Source of the DNA: Diadema antillarum
Lineage: Eukaryota
Direction: 5' to 3'
NCBI RefSeq assembly: GCF_040938485.1
Contig: NW_027271186.1
Coordinates: 2,170,001 to 2,234,000, forward strand
Length of the DNA stretch: 64,000 bases
The notes beneath the pieces were generated by a model that was given only the letters and a program-made list of their open reading frames with translations, had not been told where the DNA came from and ran no database searches. The position numbers and the translations under genes were made by a program. Shown one piece after another: positions 40,685 to 55,376 of this stretch (its first letter is position 1; each line of letters starts with the position of its first letter).

Positions 40685-41104
40685 GGGGATTATTTCATAG
40701 AGAGTTACGATTAATATTATACTCGATTCATTGAGCGTAACTCAGAGAATCGAGCGTAAGATATATATATATATATTTTTGGATATATACATGCATAGTA
40801 CAAATTCGATAAGGATGGGAATTGAAACGGAAGGTCCCACTAAAAGCAAAGTTTGTACGATATGGGACCCTCAGAAAATACATGTATACGTATAAGAGAG
40901 CGAATAATGGATTAACGAAACTACAAACATTAAACAAAATCAAACAAACCAATCAATACTGACCTCCAAGCCTGTTTCATAAAGATACTTAGGTTCTATT
41001 TAAAGCACAGGTTTAAATCGAGTAGTAGACCGAGCGAAACTTTTTTTTTTAATTGCATTAATCGTAAGATCAATCTTACGATCAATCTTTATGAAACGAA
41101 CCCC
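40685..41104. mobile_element. degenerate Harbinger-like MITE (GGGG..TTTCATA/TATGAAA..CCCC ends)
   Basis: imperfect TIR CTGGGGATTATTTCATAGAGA vs ATCTTTATGAAACGAACCCCAG; TTACGATT/AATCGTAA subrepeats; no clear TSD. Confidence 0.45.
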
Positions 41105-41309
41105 AGACATTCTCATATCCGACCACTTCTTAGTGCCGTTTGCAGGGGACTTGAGGGTGTGCAGCTTAAAAAGATGGAGAAGGGTGGATCATGTTTCAGC
41201 AACCGAAAAATTGATCAAAATCGAAGAGTTTGGCATGCGTCATTTTCGTGACTGCAATGGGACTGATGTGTCTATCCAAGCCTGTTTCAAATAAATGGAT
41301 AAAAAGACA

Positions 41310-41376
41310 TTGTTGTTGTTGTTGTTTTTGTTGTTGTTGCTGCTGTTGTTGTTGTCGTCGTCGTTGTTGTTGTTGT
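41310..41376. repeat. compound (TGT)n/(TGC)n/(CGT)n repeat
   Basis: direct reading. Confidence 0.92.
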
Positions 41377-42018
41377 TTTTATTTTCCTTCATTAGTTGGA
41401 TGTAATCGACTTTCTGTGCAGGAAAGTGACTGTCGTATAAAATCTGCCATCTCGACAGATCTCTTGCAAAATCTTAAAAATGTTTGTCTTTCAAAACATG
41501 TTAATATGGTGACATTTCACACACAGAATCACACACAAACTGACCACGTTACAAATATGCTCTTTCAAGGAGTTCTTGGGCGTCATGCTTTTATCATGGT
41601 TTAGTGATGTACAGCCAGTTGTATAATATGACCAAATTTGTACTTAAAGCGCTCTACTTTAGGTACGATCCCTTCCCCCTTTCTTTGCCTGAATTTGTTT
41701 TACAGCGTCGTGGACTGTGGGTGTAGGTGTATACGTCTTCCTTCGTGAAGCCGTAGATAGCGCAAGAAAGGGGTGATCCCGAAACCACGTGACTGAATTT
41801 CATTGTCGTGAGTCAACGTCACAATGACGTACCCAGTCGGGTATCTTTGGTCATTGACCTCGAAGGAATGCAAATTTCTCTATTGAGTGCCGATTATTTC
41901 CATCATACGAGCGTACAGGCCCCTTTCACCCCAGCTAACTTTACTGAGATATTCTTAAACAATTCAGAACTTTCATCGAAGGCTATGAATGTTTCTCACT
42001 TCCGACACACCCACCATC

Positions 42019-42055
<37 letters not shown>

Positions 42056-42844
42056 TGCACAGACAACACACACTGTTACACATAGCACGTTGCGCATATC
42101 TATTATGGTTTTTTATTTTATCATTTACATGCCAAATGTCAACTGCTCCACCTCACAAAACTTGCCTCGAGGCCACGGGGAGAATGATTTCTGACTCTGT
42201 CCTCAAAAGTTCACTTTCGTCTAGACGGCGCCCTTGACTGAATACCTGTATGTATTTTCACGACCTGAAAAATAAGGTCATGAANNNNNNNNNNNNNNNN
42301 NNNNNNNNNNNNNNNNNNNNNNNNNNNNNNNNNNNNNNNNNNNNNNNNNNNNNNNNNNNNNNNNNNNNNNNNNNNNNNNNNNNNNNNNNNNNNNNNNNNN
42401 NNNNNNNNNNNNNNNNNNNNNNNNNNNNNNNNNNNNTATAATATCTGGCATGTCTGGTTGTATGCATACGTCCGAATACATACATGCATTTTTATTAGGT
42501 ATATTTATTGTACGTTTCTATATTTGGCATATCATGCATACACTATCGGAAAATATCATTACCGTTAGATTATTCCGTTTACGAAAAGGTGCCGGGTTTA
42601 GATTTTCCCATGACGCCTATAATATAAGAAAATATTTTGTTATCGATTCAAATAAGCATACACAATGTATATATGTCTCCTGAAGGATATTACAAGGATT
42701 GTATTTCAAATATTGTTTCTTTGAAATTATTTGCCTCCTCTGGTCCCAAGCTTTTGAATTCCTTGCCACTGACTACGAAAAATGTGCTTTTTTAAAAGAT
42801 CTCATTCTAAAAGTGTTATGAACGCTCACATGTGGCAAGGTGTG

Positions 42845-43149
42845 TGACTACGTATACGTTATTCCGAAGGTTAGTTTATCAGAAAAAAATGAAATGAAGT
42901 TCGTTAAGGCCTAACTTTAATCCGAAAATTGTAAAGGTGCGTGCCATCGAACCTTTAAATGTTCTAATATGTTTCTTTCAATAATCATTATGAAACATTT
43001 ATGGTTGTGTAAATCATAAAAGGCAGTTGATTTAACAAGGAAGCAGGAAGCCGGCAACCTTTCGAATTACGAACTTTTTTATCATTTTCGGAGTAAGGAA
43101 CTTTTTTTTATGTTCAGCTTACCGAACCTTTGGAATTACGAACCTGAAA
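42845..43149. mobile_element. rearranged copy of the GTTATTCCGAAGG-subrepeat element
   Basis: CGTTATTCCGAAGGTT at 42857 and (T/G)GAATTACGAACC copies to 43145; related to 54230-54535. Confidence 0.6.
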
Positions 43150-43739
43150 CAAACCTGAGCTAAACTTCCCATCGATAAGGCCGTCGGCTCATTTGCAGTC
43201 AAGCCATACCATGCACATGCTGGCTTCCTACTTCCTTATTGAATCAACTGCCTTTTATGATTTACCCAACCATAAATGTTTCATAATGACCATGCTGCGG
43301 TATCACACAATGTCATGATACCACCTGAGATTATACTTCGTTTTGCTTCTTTGTCAAATTAGTTATGTTTGTTCAATCCCTCATAACAATGTATGCTAAT
43401 TCGACATTTTGTTCAGAGTTGAAAAGGCAATAACAAACAAACAAACAAACAAACAATGACTCTTTCTGCAAAGGACACTTATTTTAAACTTTAACAACCA
43501 TTAATGAAGATTAATGAATGTGTGCGTTTTGATGAATCGAATTTTGAGAATGAATATTGCACGTTTTCGGAAGCACATACTAATAGCACAAAATATTGAC
43601 CATCTAATTCGAAATTCATGAAAGAGAGAGAGTCATAATAATACCTGAAGGCGGGGCGCGTATGGTGGCTTCTAAGGAAGTTTCGTCTCAACCAGTTTCA
43701 GATGGTCATAACGAATTATGATATGTCCGCAACCAGGCA

Positions 43740-43758
43740 CTCTCTCTCTCTCTCCCTC

Positions 43759-43798
<40 letters not shown>
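43740..43798. repeat. (CT)n microsatellite
   Basis: direct reading. Confidence 0.95.
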
Positions 43799-43803
<5 letters not shown>

Positions 43804-46800
43804 CATTAACCACTTCCTAGAAATCAAGCAGTGTAAGAAAGAAAGTGGAACTGTTTCCGGAGAGGAGCAAAACAAGTTTATTTCATTGCATGGTCTTTAT
43901 CCAATGCCACGTCTCAACAAGTGAGCATGACCTCCCTCTTTGCACGAAATATCCCGGATGCTCCTTGTCTGTTTTCCATGCGACTCCAACTAATTTATTC
44001 GTATAGAGGTGGCATCACATTGTACATATACGTTTTTGAGTACAGGCCATTTTCCTTGGGTGCAAAGCTTTTCGGCTGTTGATCTGAAAATATGCTAACA
44101 TATCAGAGAAGAAGAATCTGTCCATGAGATTAACAGATTATCAGCAGACAGGGTGTAAGTGGAACAGTATATATTCCTACAGGCTTGAACCAAAACTATT
44201 TCTTTCGGGATCGTACGTGATAAGAAAATAATCAATATCTTATAATAACAATGATAGGGCTTGCTTGGGTAAACCAAGTGACTTCCATGAAGGAAGTACC
44301 TGTACATTTTTATTATAAGAGCAGAATCAAGAAAGGATCTAGGACCTACTTACTGTGAATAGGCTTTACGTTGCTACTAAGCTTATGAATCGAGAGTGCT
44401 GCAATGCACTGCGCTGATGCAAAGTTCAGCAAAACAACATTGACTCCCCCGTTTTCATATATCCAATGAACTTCGGAAAGAAGATTGAACTAGTGGAAAG
44501 TGCAAGCCACATGAATGTCGCCAACTTTTTTCCTTTTCATTTCGCCGACTTAAGAATGGAAGAAGGGAACATGATAGGTTGTTCTTTGTTTAGTCGCTTT
44601 TAGATCAAAGGCAACCATTAATCTTTCAGACTTCGGCGAAAAGCCTTGACCTCTCAAGTATTCTATGCTCAGCTATCTTGCTTGAAAATAGAGTCATGCT
44701 ACCAAAATACCTCATAAAGATGCCTCAGGTTTGTTCCAAAGATGAAGTCTTGAACAGCATGAAATTAGCCTCACCCCTAAAAGTGCAAAGCTATCGGTCT
44801 TATCAAACAAGTATTTTATATGCAGGTACACTCGGTGCTTCGGCTTTACATGCCATGTAAGCGGGTCAAGGAAATAACGTGGAGATAAACAAGCGAGCAT
44901 CTCCATTCGGCCCTGTTGCCGGTGAACAGAGGGGAAATAGCTGGTCAGCTTTGCAACCAGGAAGTGTAGTCTAATCGTGTATTGTAATACCCCAGCCAAG
45001 TACGGATTACCAGGAACTTCCTTCTCTTATGTGTCGCTTCGCGAAAGGAAACAGATTCTGTGTGACCCCGGTATGTAGTCCAACGGTGAAGGCATGCATA
45101 TTGGAAGATTTTGCCTTTCATTTCTTTAATCAAACTACCTATATACTCATACCACTGGTGCTAAGTCACTGACGGTTTGTGTGATTGATTGTTAACCCAC
45201 GAGTGGAAGGTTTTAGATGAAAAACCGGAGGACAAATAAAGAAAAAGAGGGGTGGATGGTTAAACAAAAACAAATGTCATCTTGTCAAGGCGGAAGAGAA
45301 TTTCGGTAAATTTTGCTGTGATTTGTCAGTACATACGATTTGAACGGCAGAACAGCAATAACGGGGATGAATAAACCTTGAATAAGCTCCCTCCCCTAGC
45401 TCCCTCCAACTTTCTCTCTCTTTCGATCTTGATCTGATCTTCGCCTCATAATATTATATCTCTTTCGATCTCTTTCTCTAAATATTATCATGCCATTACT
45501 TCTCACTGACCATGAATCCGTGTGGTCTATAGTATTCATTTCCCAACATTATCGATACTGTATTAGTATACCACTTTAAGCAATGATAGCCCCGCCCCTC
45601 CCTCCGCCTAAACCTCACTTAATTTTGGTGGGCCTACTTCCGCATCAGGCAATACATTCCCCTGTTCATTCCTTTCCATCGTCCTTTTTTTCTCTCACTT
45701 TTATTTGTTATTTTGGCCGAGGCTTTCTATCTCTTAACTGAGCTGTCAACAGCAACATGGAACATGTTATTGAAAATATGTACAATAATCTGCTGTACTT
45801 TGTATCTACAATGGTTCATCTAATTTGTGTGTAAAAGTTGATTTTCCGAAGAACATTATTTTACCAAAATCTCTATGCAATTGTTGCATTATCGTTTACA
45901 CATTGTCTTCTTGAAAAAAAAAATCGCAGAAATGAATTGAAGTTGAAATTGAAAATCGAAAGATATTTCATGGTGAATTAGTATACCGATATATATAATT
46001 TATAATGTTACTTTTGAACTCACGTGCACTGACAGTATTAAATAGATGATTCATTTGCGCTTCTACGAAAGTTTGCAGGTTTTTATGCGACACATATCAA
46101 ATGCCCCTAATGTTTCACTTTGGCGTAAAGTTGATAAATGAAGTGAATTTGTATTGACAGACTGATAGACGCTTCGTCAAAATGTTATATTAAGATGCGA
46201 AAACGAAATTTCAATATGTCGAGTGTTCTCTTCAAACATGTCATATTAATGACACGTTAAAAATAGATGGCGTGGAGTCACAAACTCTCATTGCTTTGTG
46301 TAGGAAGAAAGGAAACCCATGTACTTGACGGCCGATGAATTCAAAATACTAACCACCCCCTATCGCTTTGATATGCGTAATTGCTGCTGAAACCTAGGAT
46401 ATTGAATCATGATGATTCCATACTATTCATTTCATTGTTTACACGTGATAAAGAAAGATGATCAATAGAGATTCCCAGCTGGATTATTATTGGGGAGGCC
46501 TTTATTTAGACACGGACATCATCACTTCATCCAATTTGCGTTTTTTTTTTTTTTTTGATTACGATCAATGTCACTGCTTCACTTTAGAATCTCGCATTTT
46601 AACCTCTCGACACATTACAATTAATGCAAACTCTACGATGTTCTGTTGGATGGATTTGTTTTGTTTGTTTTTAACTAGGTGAACTCGAACATGAAGTGAC
46701 GTTTAACTCTGATACATCAATACTGTCCCTGTCTATAACAAAGCCTCCAAGATGTCAGCAAACTCAGACGCTTTTTTTTTTTTCGAAATAATGATTTCAA

Positions 46801-49800
46801 GAATTGAATATTTCTGCTTATGAAATTGCAATGTGCACCTAACAGACCCCCTCCTGAACATTTTTTTTCGCACTGTCAACCTTGTTATTAAAAAAAAAAA
46901 ATGGTTTGCTTTTGTGGGTTAAAACACACTTCTCCCCTTCCACATGCAGGTATATCCACGTCAGTTTGTCAACTCCGCTTAGTTCCCAAATTTACTTTAA
47001 AATACCACAAGATGGCAGCAGACAGTCTACACCTGAAATCAGCAACAGAATCAGGACGCAGAGTTGTCGGGATCCGCTCAGTATTCATGCATGAGAAGTT
47101 CACCATCTCTATTTTTACGATCGTGATATCGACCTGTATGGTCAATGATTAATTTTTCCGTGGTCTCTATTTGTTCATCCAGCTATCGTATCATCTGTAT
47201 CACTCTGTCATTCTATCTACCTAGCTATTAAATTTTCTCTATCTATCTGTATCTATCTATCTCTATATACCTATCTATCCATGATCGATCTATCACCTTT
47301 TTCCACTCAGAATGAATCCATGTAGAATGATTACTTTGAATGCATATTGCACAGCAGTGCCGTGAGGATCTTCAACTCTATCAGTTTTCATAATGTGCCA
47401 TTCTACACCACGCTCAAGTCAGCTGCAATAAATGAAGTGAAAATAGTCCTTTAAGGTTGTAAGTATGTCTGACCTCTTCATTCTAGGCAGACGGGTTATG
47501 AGTGTAACCATGGTAACAGAGAGCATTCCTGGTTAGCTGGCAACTAAAAAAAGAGAGAACTTTTTGCAAACTGTTTACTACTCATCTGTTTTGTTGCTGA
47601 TGTTTTTCTGTTGTCATTAGCGTCTCTGAGACAACGGAAATAGAACCCCCTGGACCAAATTAATGCGTCAGATTCTTCTCGGCAGAGGAGGGGGAGGGGG
47701 AGAGGGGAGAAGGAGGGGGGAGGAGGGAGGGAAGGGGCTGTCAAAAATACCGGCGTTCACATGAAGCAGCCACACATGGAGATTGTGGAGAGAAATTGAG
47801 TATTGATCTCAGTTAACATTGGCGATTACACTTAGAATATATATAATATATATTTTTTTAATTTGAAGATGACCTTTCATTGAGCTAAAATAACTCGTGC
47901 CGAAATTCACCTCAACGTACGTATCTCTCGAATAATGTTTTCTTTTTAATTCCTTTTCTTGAAGCTGAATGTAAGACGGTCTATTCACTCTCAACGGAAG
48001 TGATGGAATCGACCAAATAGTTAAAAAGACAGATATATCGCAATATGGTGAAAAATATCTTGACAAAATATGCAACCATAGGCCTATGCTGTTTCGCACT
48101 AATGTTTCTTCAAACGCAGTTTCTGTCATAGTGAACTAATATGCAGATGACATGCAGTGTTAACAAATATTCGGATTCAACGTCACAATAGCGATTTTGA
48201 ATGCAATGAATTGTATGATTGATGAAGTGGAGTGGACAACATCAAGATCATTGGTGGTGATGTTGAGAAGATTAGGACTTGATCGCACAAACCAAGATCT
48301 TAATCCAAAGCAGCGGTGAGATCGAGCACTCAATGTCCAATGTTTGCCGGAGATTATGACACGTACAAGTTTTGCCTGTTTAGTTCCTCGTATTAAAAAA
48401 AAAAATGGCTTTGAAAGGAGAACTTACAAGTGCGATAACTTTATCAGAAATTCAAGACAGAAGCAACCGCATATTTGGCTCGTATATTGCGTGTGTGATT
48501 TGTTGAGAAGCGTTATTAAAGAGCCATGCACCACCGGTTTCAAAGATGTGAAAATGCATTTAACCACACAAACATATAACCAGACACACACAAACTCACA
48601 CAGAAACAAAATCTATACTTAAGAAAATACAATCTAAAATTCGTACTCATATAATGAACTTCAATTCAATTCAATTCATTTTCATATTCAATTTCTCTAT
48701 GTAAAAAAAAAAAAAATCCTAAAATGTAACAAAATGGAATGTTATGATATCCAGAAAGGCTTTTCAACAGACTATTCCTTACATAGAATATGACGGTCTA
48801 TTGTTGTCAAAATTTGAATCTAAGTACAATTACAACAGAAATGCAGAGGGACTGGATACTTTTAAGCAAGCTTGCTAATGAATACTGTACTTCGTAATGG
48901 ATCCGTGCATTATTTTTTTGATTTGTTTGTTTGTTTTTGTGCTGTGTGTGGGTGTGCTTATCTTTTGATTTCTTGTTGCGTGTAATCATACTCATGGAGG
49001 AAGTCAGTCGATATCTGCACCTTCGGTTTCTTTCTTTCTCTCTGCTATTCTCTCATTCCCTCTCATTATAGTTCAAAGTCTGGATTTAAAGGCACGTATC
49101 TATTGACCCTGAGAGTTGATCATATTGTTTTGAAATGTCTTTAAACCAAACAAGGAACTAAGGAAGAAAGATGGCGGATATTGATTGAAGGCATGGACAA
49201 CATTCATCTGAAACTTTCATTAACCTTATCATCTCCGGACTCAGCTGGGTGAATGGACCCTCAACCTATTTTTTCCTATGTATGCACACCGAATGGCAGA
49301 GTGATAATCAAATTATCCCCATGTGACTAAGATTACACCGCAGGCTCTCCATATTTGGGCATGATCGCATACGGGGCTATATATGGCGAACGACACGTCA
49401 CAGATTTTCTAGCTATCGAACCCCTCGATTGGATTGATCCGAGCCAGTCAGAAGAGATAACTCTGTTAGGATAACTTCTAAGCCCCAGCATGTAAATCAT
49501 CGAAGATTGTGTAGATATGAGATAGACCAGTTTATTAACTCGGTGGCATTTTTTTTTCTGTCGAGTGAAATTACATAATTTAAGGAATATTATTGTGATG
49601 TCTAGAAAGTTTAAGGACTCAAAAACAAGCGAAAGAAAATCTAAGGGACATGCTTAAACCTGTGAGTCAGTACCAGACAGCATTTTGATTCAAATTATTG
49701 GTATTTTGCACATATATAGGCCTAATTTTCTCCTTCCAAAAGAAAGAAAAACGTGGGACTGAGAAGAAAAGGTGAGAACGCTCAAGACTGAGTTATTGAA

Positions 49801-52800
49801 ATCTTGTATATAATGACGAATGTTGACTGTAAACGATAACTCGATGTATCACTTCCATCCTGAGGTGCAAAATATTTAATTACAAAAGAATTGCATGCAA
49901 GCATGATGGACTGAAAACGCGTGACACATTTCGGTTTTTTTTCTCCTAATTATTTATGACCTATGTACATACGTTTATAATCATCTGTATATCAATCTTA
50001 TAGCTCATTGAACCCTCATAAACGTCGATATAAACCTACTTTAGATATACAATTCAAGGCCTTTGGCATCATTTTGTGTACTCTAACCCTTCCCCTCCTA
50101 TTTTCTTTTTCTTTTAGTGTTCCTTCTTTTATGTATTTCATCACCTTCTAACACGACATTCCATCTGTAACCGGTGCTCCTTATAATGTCGACTCTGTTG
50201 TTGTATCATTACATTAACAAAACCAGAGAAAAAAAAATGGTGCTTTGCGTGAGGACGGAGAATGACACAAGAAATGTGATATAGTTAGAAATAGTACTAG
50301 AACATTTTAGTTTGAGTATACATGATCTTTGACGTTTTGTTTCAGTTGTACTTTTCGCTGGCTCGTGTGTTACCGAAACTCACTCGCGGCAGTGTGAGAT
50401 TTTGCGGCCCGACTCACACACACTGCCACGCCCACGTCGACGTTGATCGGCGTTAGTTTCAGATCAAGACTGATGCAATTATTATAACCACAGCCTCGGA
50501 TAATGCTGATCGCGACGATCCCTCGAGCAGATCAGTCTTGTTTCGTACGTACTACGTCAAGCTTAGTCACCCCCCCCCCCCTCCATATTAACTTTCATCC
50601 TTAATTGCGCAAAAATGTATGCCACAAATCCGTTATTTATCATCTTCACTTCTACACCGATTTTAAGGTGCATAGAATGATTGTTTATTTCCAAAGAATA
50701 ACAGCATTAGCCTGGCAATAATACTAGCGTATTCAGTACACTGTCATTTGTGTTGAAGAAAAAAATACAAGCCGTCCTCTATTACAAGAATACAACAAGA
50801 ATTTAACATTTAGTTCACATTTTCTATGATACCTGGTTCACTACTACTCTGCATATAGCACTGTTTAGGTTCGCATGTATCAACTTTCAATGATAATTAT
50901 ACGTATTGAAGAGCTTAGAGGAAATAACATACGTGAGAATCTACCCTTAGGATATCTAGATGTTATTCTGAACATCAACAGTTATGTTATCGACCAAGCT
51001 ATCCATATATCCGCGTTGCTGCACCAGTGAATAGTGAATCTTGATAAGTTGATTCGTCTTTGTTTATACCCACGCACGTCTAAAGGAAAGTGACTTATAA
51101 GAATATCAAAACATATACCANNNNNNNNNNNNNNNNNNNNNNNNNNNNNNNNNNNNNNNNNNNNNNNNNNNNNNNNNNNNNNNNNNNNNNNNNNNNNNNN
51201 NNNNNNNNNNNNNNNNNNNNNNNNNNNNNNNNNNNNNNNNNNNNNNNNNNNNNNNNNNNNNNNNNNNNNNNNAAGAAAAATCGAAGAAAGATGTCATTTT
51301 GATATTTTCTTAATACTCTTGTGCTTTTGGTGTTTGGAGCTGTGGCAATTCCTCATACAGGTAGCTATAGATTCTTTCAATCAACTAACACGTATTCCTA
51401 AATAAGGTATCATAGGTGACCAATCATATCAAATTAATCTGTTACAGAATGTTAGCTGCTGCTACCCGCCCCCTCATGTACGTACTTCTGTTCGAACCTT
51501 TGATCCTGACAAAACAAGTTCATGTGATGAGGTTCGATTACAACGTTGTTAACACAGGCAGACAAATGAAATATCATTTTTTCCCCCACTTTGCCAATCA
51601 CATTCTGCACAAGAAAGGATAACATCTTTGCGACATAAGCCACCAACATGACCAAGAAAACATCTTAGAAATACTCTGGCAGGAAAACAAAAGACAAAAA
51701 AAAAAAATAAATAAATAAGTTACAATAAATCTAACCTGTACACAGTCCAGGGGGATATGTATTGTGCATCAACGTGGGACACTTTTATTGTCTTGGTTTT
51801 GTTTTCATTTTTACCGATATAAATTACGGATGACCGATCTGTTGTCAATTGTTTAACAGTGCCCAGTATGAATTTACACCGACGTGGATGAAAGCTGACG
51901 CCGTTCATACAAACTGGCACCCGCAGAAGTTTGTTCTGCCGTATAGACGACGTTTGTCTATATCAGGGCTACAAGATATGATGTACATATACACAAATCT
52001 GAATAGAGAAAGAAATGTTTAATGTTTTGTCAGATATAGGTTGCAGCTGCTATCTTTCACTGAAAGTCAGTCTCTTCCTTTCATTGCGAAAATACCATAG
52101 ATCAGAACTTTAAACATCAGCTGGCCGCAGTACCAACCCATCGTGGATATCCAATAGATCACGAAAAAAGTTAAGATATACGATTGACGGGGAAGTTGTC
52201 AGTTGTTATCAATAGCTCGTCAGATATACACTGTGCTAGAAATAGAAAGTGGCCTTCCTGATGGTATAGTGTGATTGCTTTTCGAAGAATGGAATGATGG
52301 AATCGTCTATTACAAGGAACAACTTTGCCCGAATGTGTGTTCTAAAGGCAATAACTGGAATGAATATTCCGGACAATGTTAGACTAATCTTTAACAACAA
52401 AATGATATTAAGTTGTAATCTGCTTTCTTACTTCACTCTTTATGCTACATCCCATTACATCGCAAGAGTTAGTTTATGCACACCTACCTCAATATCGTCC
52501 TGTCATTATACATAACAGTTGATATCGTGTTTATTTTCATCATTGACCTCAATCTTTGATTTCATTTTTGTTAGTTATTACAAACATGATGACCATTGAT
52601 ATGTCATCATTTATGTTGATATTATACACCAGTAACATGCAAAGTCATGCAAAACTAAGATTATTAATAGCAGTATAGACTTTGTATCAGTAGTAATATA
52701 GTATTAGGCCGAGGAATGAGGAGGATAGGAGTGGGAAAAGAAGGTTATTTCTCAAAATGTAATCCTGACTTCTGCATGTGACGAACGTCGAATAGATTTT

Positions 52801-52865
52801 ACTGTATACTTCTCGGCTATACATGTACTACAGCATTATTCTGGATGACTATTATGACCACTTAA

Positions 52866-53231
52866 AGGGATCGTATAGTTTTGGTTGAGACTTAACTTCA
52901 GGTTTTTATCGTCTTTTGGTGACATAGTGAGAATCTCTTATGAAATATGAAAGAGCATGTAATTCCATGAGGATTTCAACGTTTATTTGATGAAAACTGA
53001 TTTTGAAATGGCTGAGATATCCAAAACAGAGCGATCCTAATAAAGTGTGGGACCCACATTTTATTACGATCGTTTTGGATGTTTCAGCTATTCCAACCCC
53101 GATTTTCATCAAATAAACTTTGAATTCTTCTTTAAAATGGTATGCTCTGTACTATTTCATAAGAGTTTTCTTGGTATCTCGCAAAAAAGTTAAAGCCCAA
53201 TTTTCATCTCCACCAATACTGTAACATCCCT
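52866..53231. mobile_element. TTAA family B MITE (366 bp), opposite orientation to 17429-17810
   Basis: TTAA|AGGGATCGTATAG...GTAACATCCCT|TTAA; roughly 85-88% similar to the 17429 copy by eye. Confidence 0.92.
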
Positions 53232-54229
53232 TTAATGTTATGGGGGTGGTTATTGCCTTACAACCAAAGACCAGGATTTTGATAGCGATGCCACTGTTTA
53301 CCGGAAGTCTACGAAGCTTTAAGAGACATGGGGCGTATAGCAGTGACAAACAGGTTTTCCTTTCGTTGGTTCTTGCTCGAGAGATCTCCTTTCTTGGTCT
53401 AAACGATTGCACTCCATTTAAAGAGATTATTATATGCTGCGCTTGTCTCTTTATGGTTCGGCCAGTAAACACAAAGGACGAAATACAGGCCGGATTTTGA
53501 AAAGTCGCGTGAAATTAGCCCTAGGCTGTACATCATTGTGTAGGAGTGATTGAGCATTGGACGGAATCACAGGTAGCTGATTGCACGTCACGCGCACGCG
53601 CAGTATCATTCAAACATCCTGTGAAACCTCTGGGCACTCTGATGAATAATAATGAGAAGACCCTGGAGCCTAGCCCCTCATTAGCATAAACATTTAACCT
53701 TATATGGCCATAGATAATACCCTCCCACAGAGTATCTCAAAGCAGGCAAACAAGAGAATAAACAAGTCAGAAAACACGAAGTTCCGCTTCTGACTCTTTG
53801 TTCTTGTTTTTGTTTCGTTTTGCGTTTTTGCTTATTTTTTTCCCCCCGTTTGTTTAGGGATGTGCTATGAAAGAGGATGATAAAAACTTGCTCCCCCGGA
53901 GAAAAACTACCAAACAAGAAATACCAGGTAAGCTACACGACGGAAGTTTGTATCAAAGCGGAAGTATATATCACACGAAAAATCGATAGAGGATTTGCGA
54001 CGCACTTTTGGGGAGGAAAACATGTTATCTGTTTGCAAAAGGGACCGGAAGCAAGCAGATAGTGTTTGACAGAAAATTGCAGCAGCTAGCAGAATAGATA
54101 GCGTGAAATGTCACAATATGTTCAAGTTGATATTAAATATGCTTAGAGTGAAATCAGCAAGCAGCAAAAAGTTTCATTAGCATTAGATATAAAATATATA
54201 CAAGTTAGGGATATTTGAACATTTCAACA

Positions 54230-54535
54230 GGTGATGGTCGTTATTCCGAAGGTTCGTTATTCCGAGCACAAAAATTCCCACATGCTTAGATGTTCGTTAA
54301 CCCCAAAATGAAATAGGGTTCGTTAATCTGAGCATTGGTGGCGTTATTCCGAATGATTCTTAATTCGAAAATGAAAAATAAAGGTCATTCCGGAAATAAA
54401 AAGAAGTTGCGTATAAACGAGACTTCGGAATAACGCACCTTTTCTTTAGTTTTTGGATTTATGAACCTTCGGAATAACGGACCTTTGTATTTCATTTCTG
54501 GATTAACAAACCTTCGGAATAACAAATTGTAACCG
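54230..54535. mobile_element. 306-bp MITE with GTTATTCCGAAGG subterminal repeats, 8-bp TSD
   Basis: TTTCAACA at 54222-54229 and 54536-54543; forward subrepeats in left half, TTCGGAATAAC in right half. Confidence 0.85.
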
Positions 54536-55006
54536 TTTCAACATTATCTCTGCGAAACAGCGACATCGACCCAAGACACAAATGCAAAGAGGCGGTGAGA
54601 TAGTCATGCAGTTTATTTCCATTCAATACTGTGCATACATGAAAATAATGATAACTCAAGTCGCATTACGGCATCAGCTGGAATGCAGCTGTTTTCAAGG
54701 CATGAGTAAACTTCAAGCTTATTAGGTTCTAACATTTCAGAGTTGACTTTAAGATACACATACCAAACCAATCAATCAGGAAGTAAGATACTAAATTGAT
54801 AATTTCAAGTCCCACATATTGTTTACACGGAACAGTGAATTGCATAACTATGAAAATTGGAGGAGTTGATGACGTCATCACATCACATTCCCCCCCCCCC
54901 CATTTGTTTGCACACAAATGATAGCCAAATGATGCTTCTTCTTTTTTTCGTTTGTTTTTATATCTAAAAAACAATCCCAACCACTGACAGTGTACTGATC
55001 GTTTAA

Positions 55007-55376
55007 AGGGATCGTATAGTTTTGGTTGAGACCTAACTTCAGGTTTCTGGCATTTTTGGTGAGATAATGAGAAACCTCTCATGCATAATATGGAAGAGGA
55101 TGTAATTCCAAGAGATAGGGATTCGACGTTTATTTGATGAAAATTGGTTTTGAAATGGCTGTGATATCCAAAACAGATCAATGTGTAATAAAAGGAGGGA
55201 CCCACCTATAACTATGGATCCCTTTGTTTTACTTTGTTTTTGGATGTCTCATCAATTCAAATCGATTTTCATTTGATAAACTTTGAATTTCTCTTAGAAT
55301 GGTATGCTCTGTATCATTTCATAACTGGTTTCTTGGTAAACAGTTAAAAGCCCAAATCCTCATATCCACTATCCCT
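55007..55376. mobile_element. TTAA family B MITE (370 bp)
   Basis: TTAA|AGGGATCGTATAG...ATCCCT|TTGA. Confidence 0.88.
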
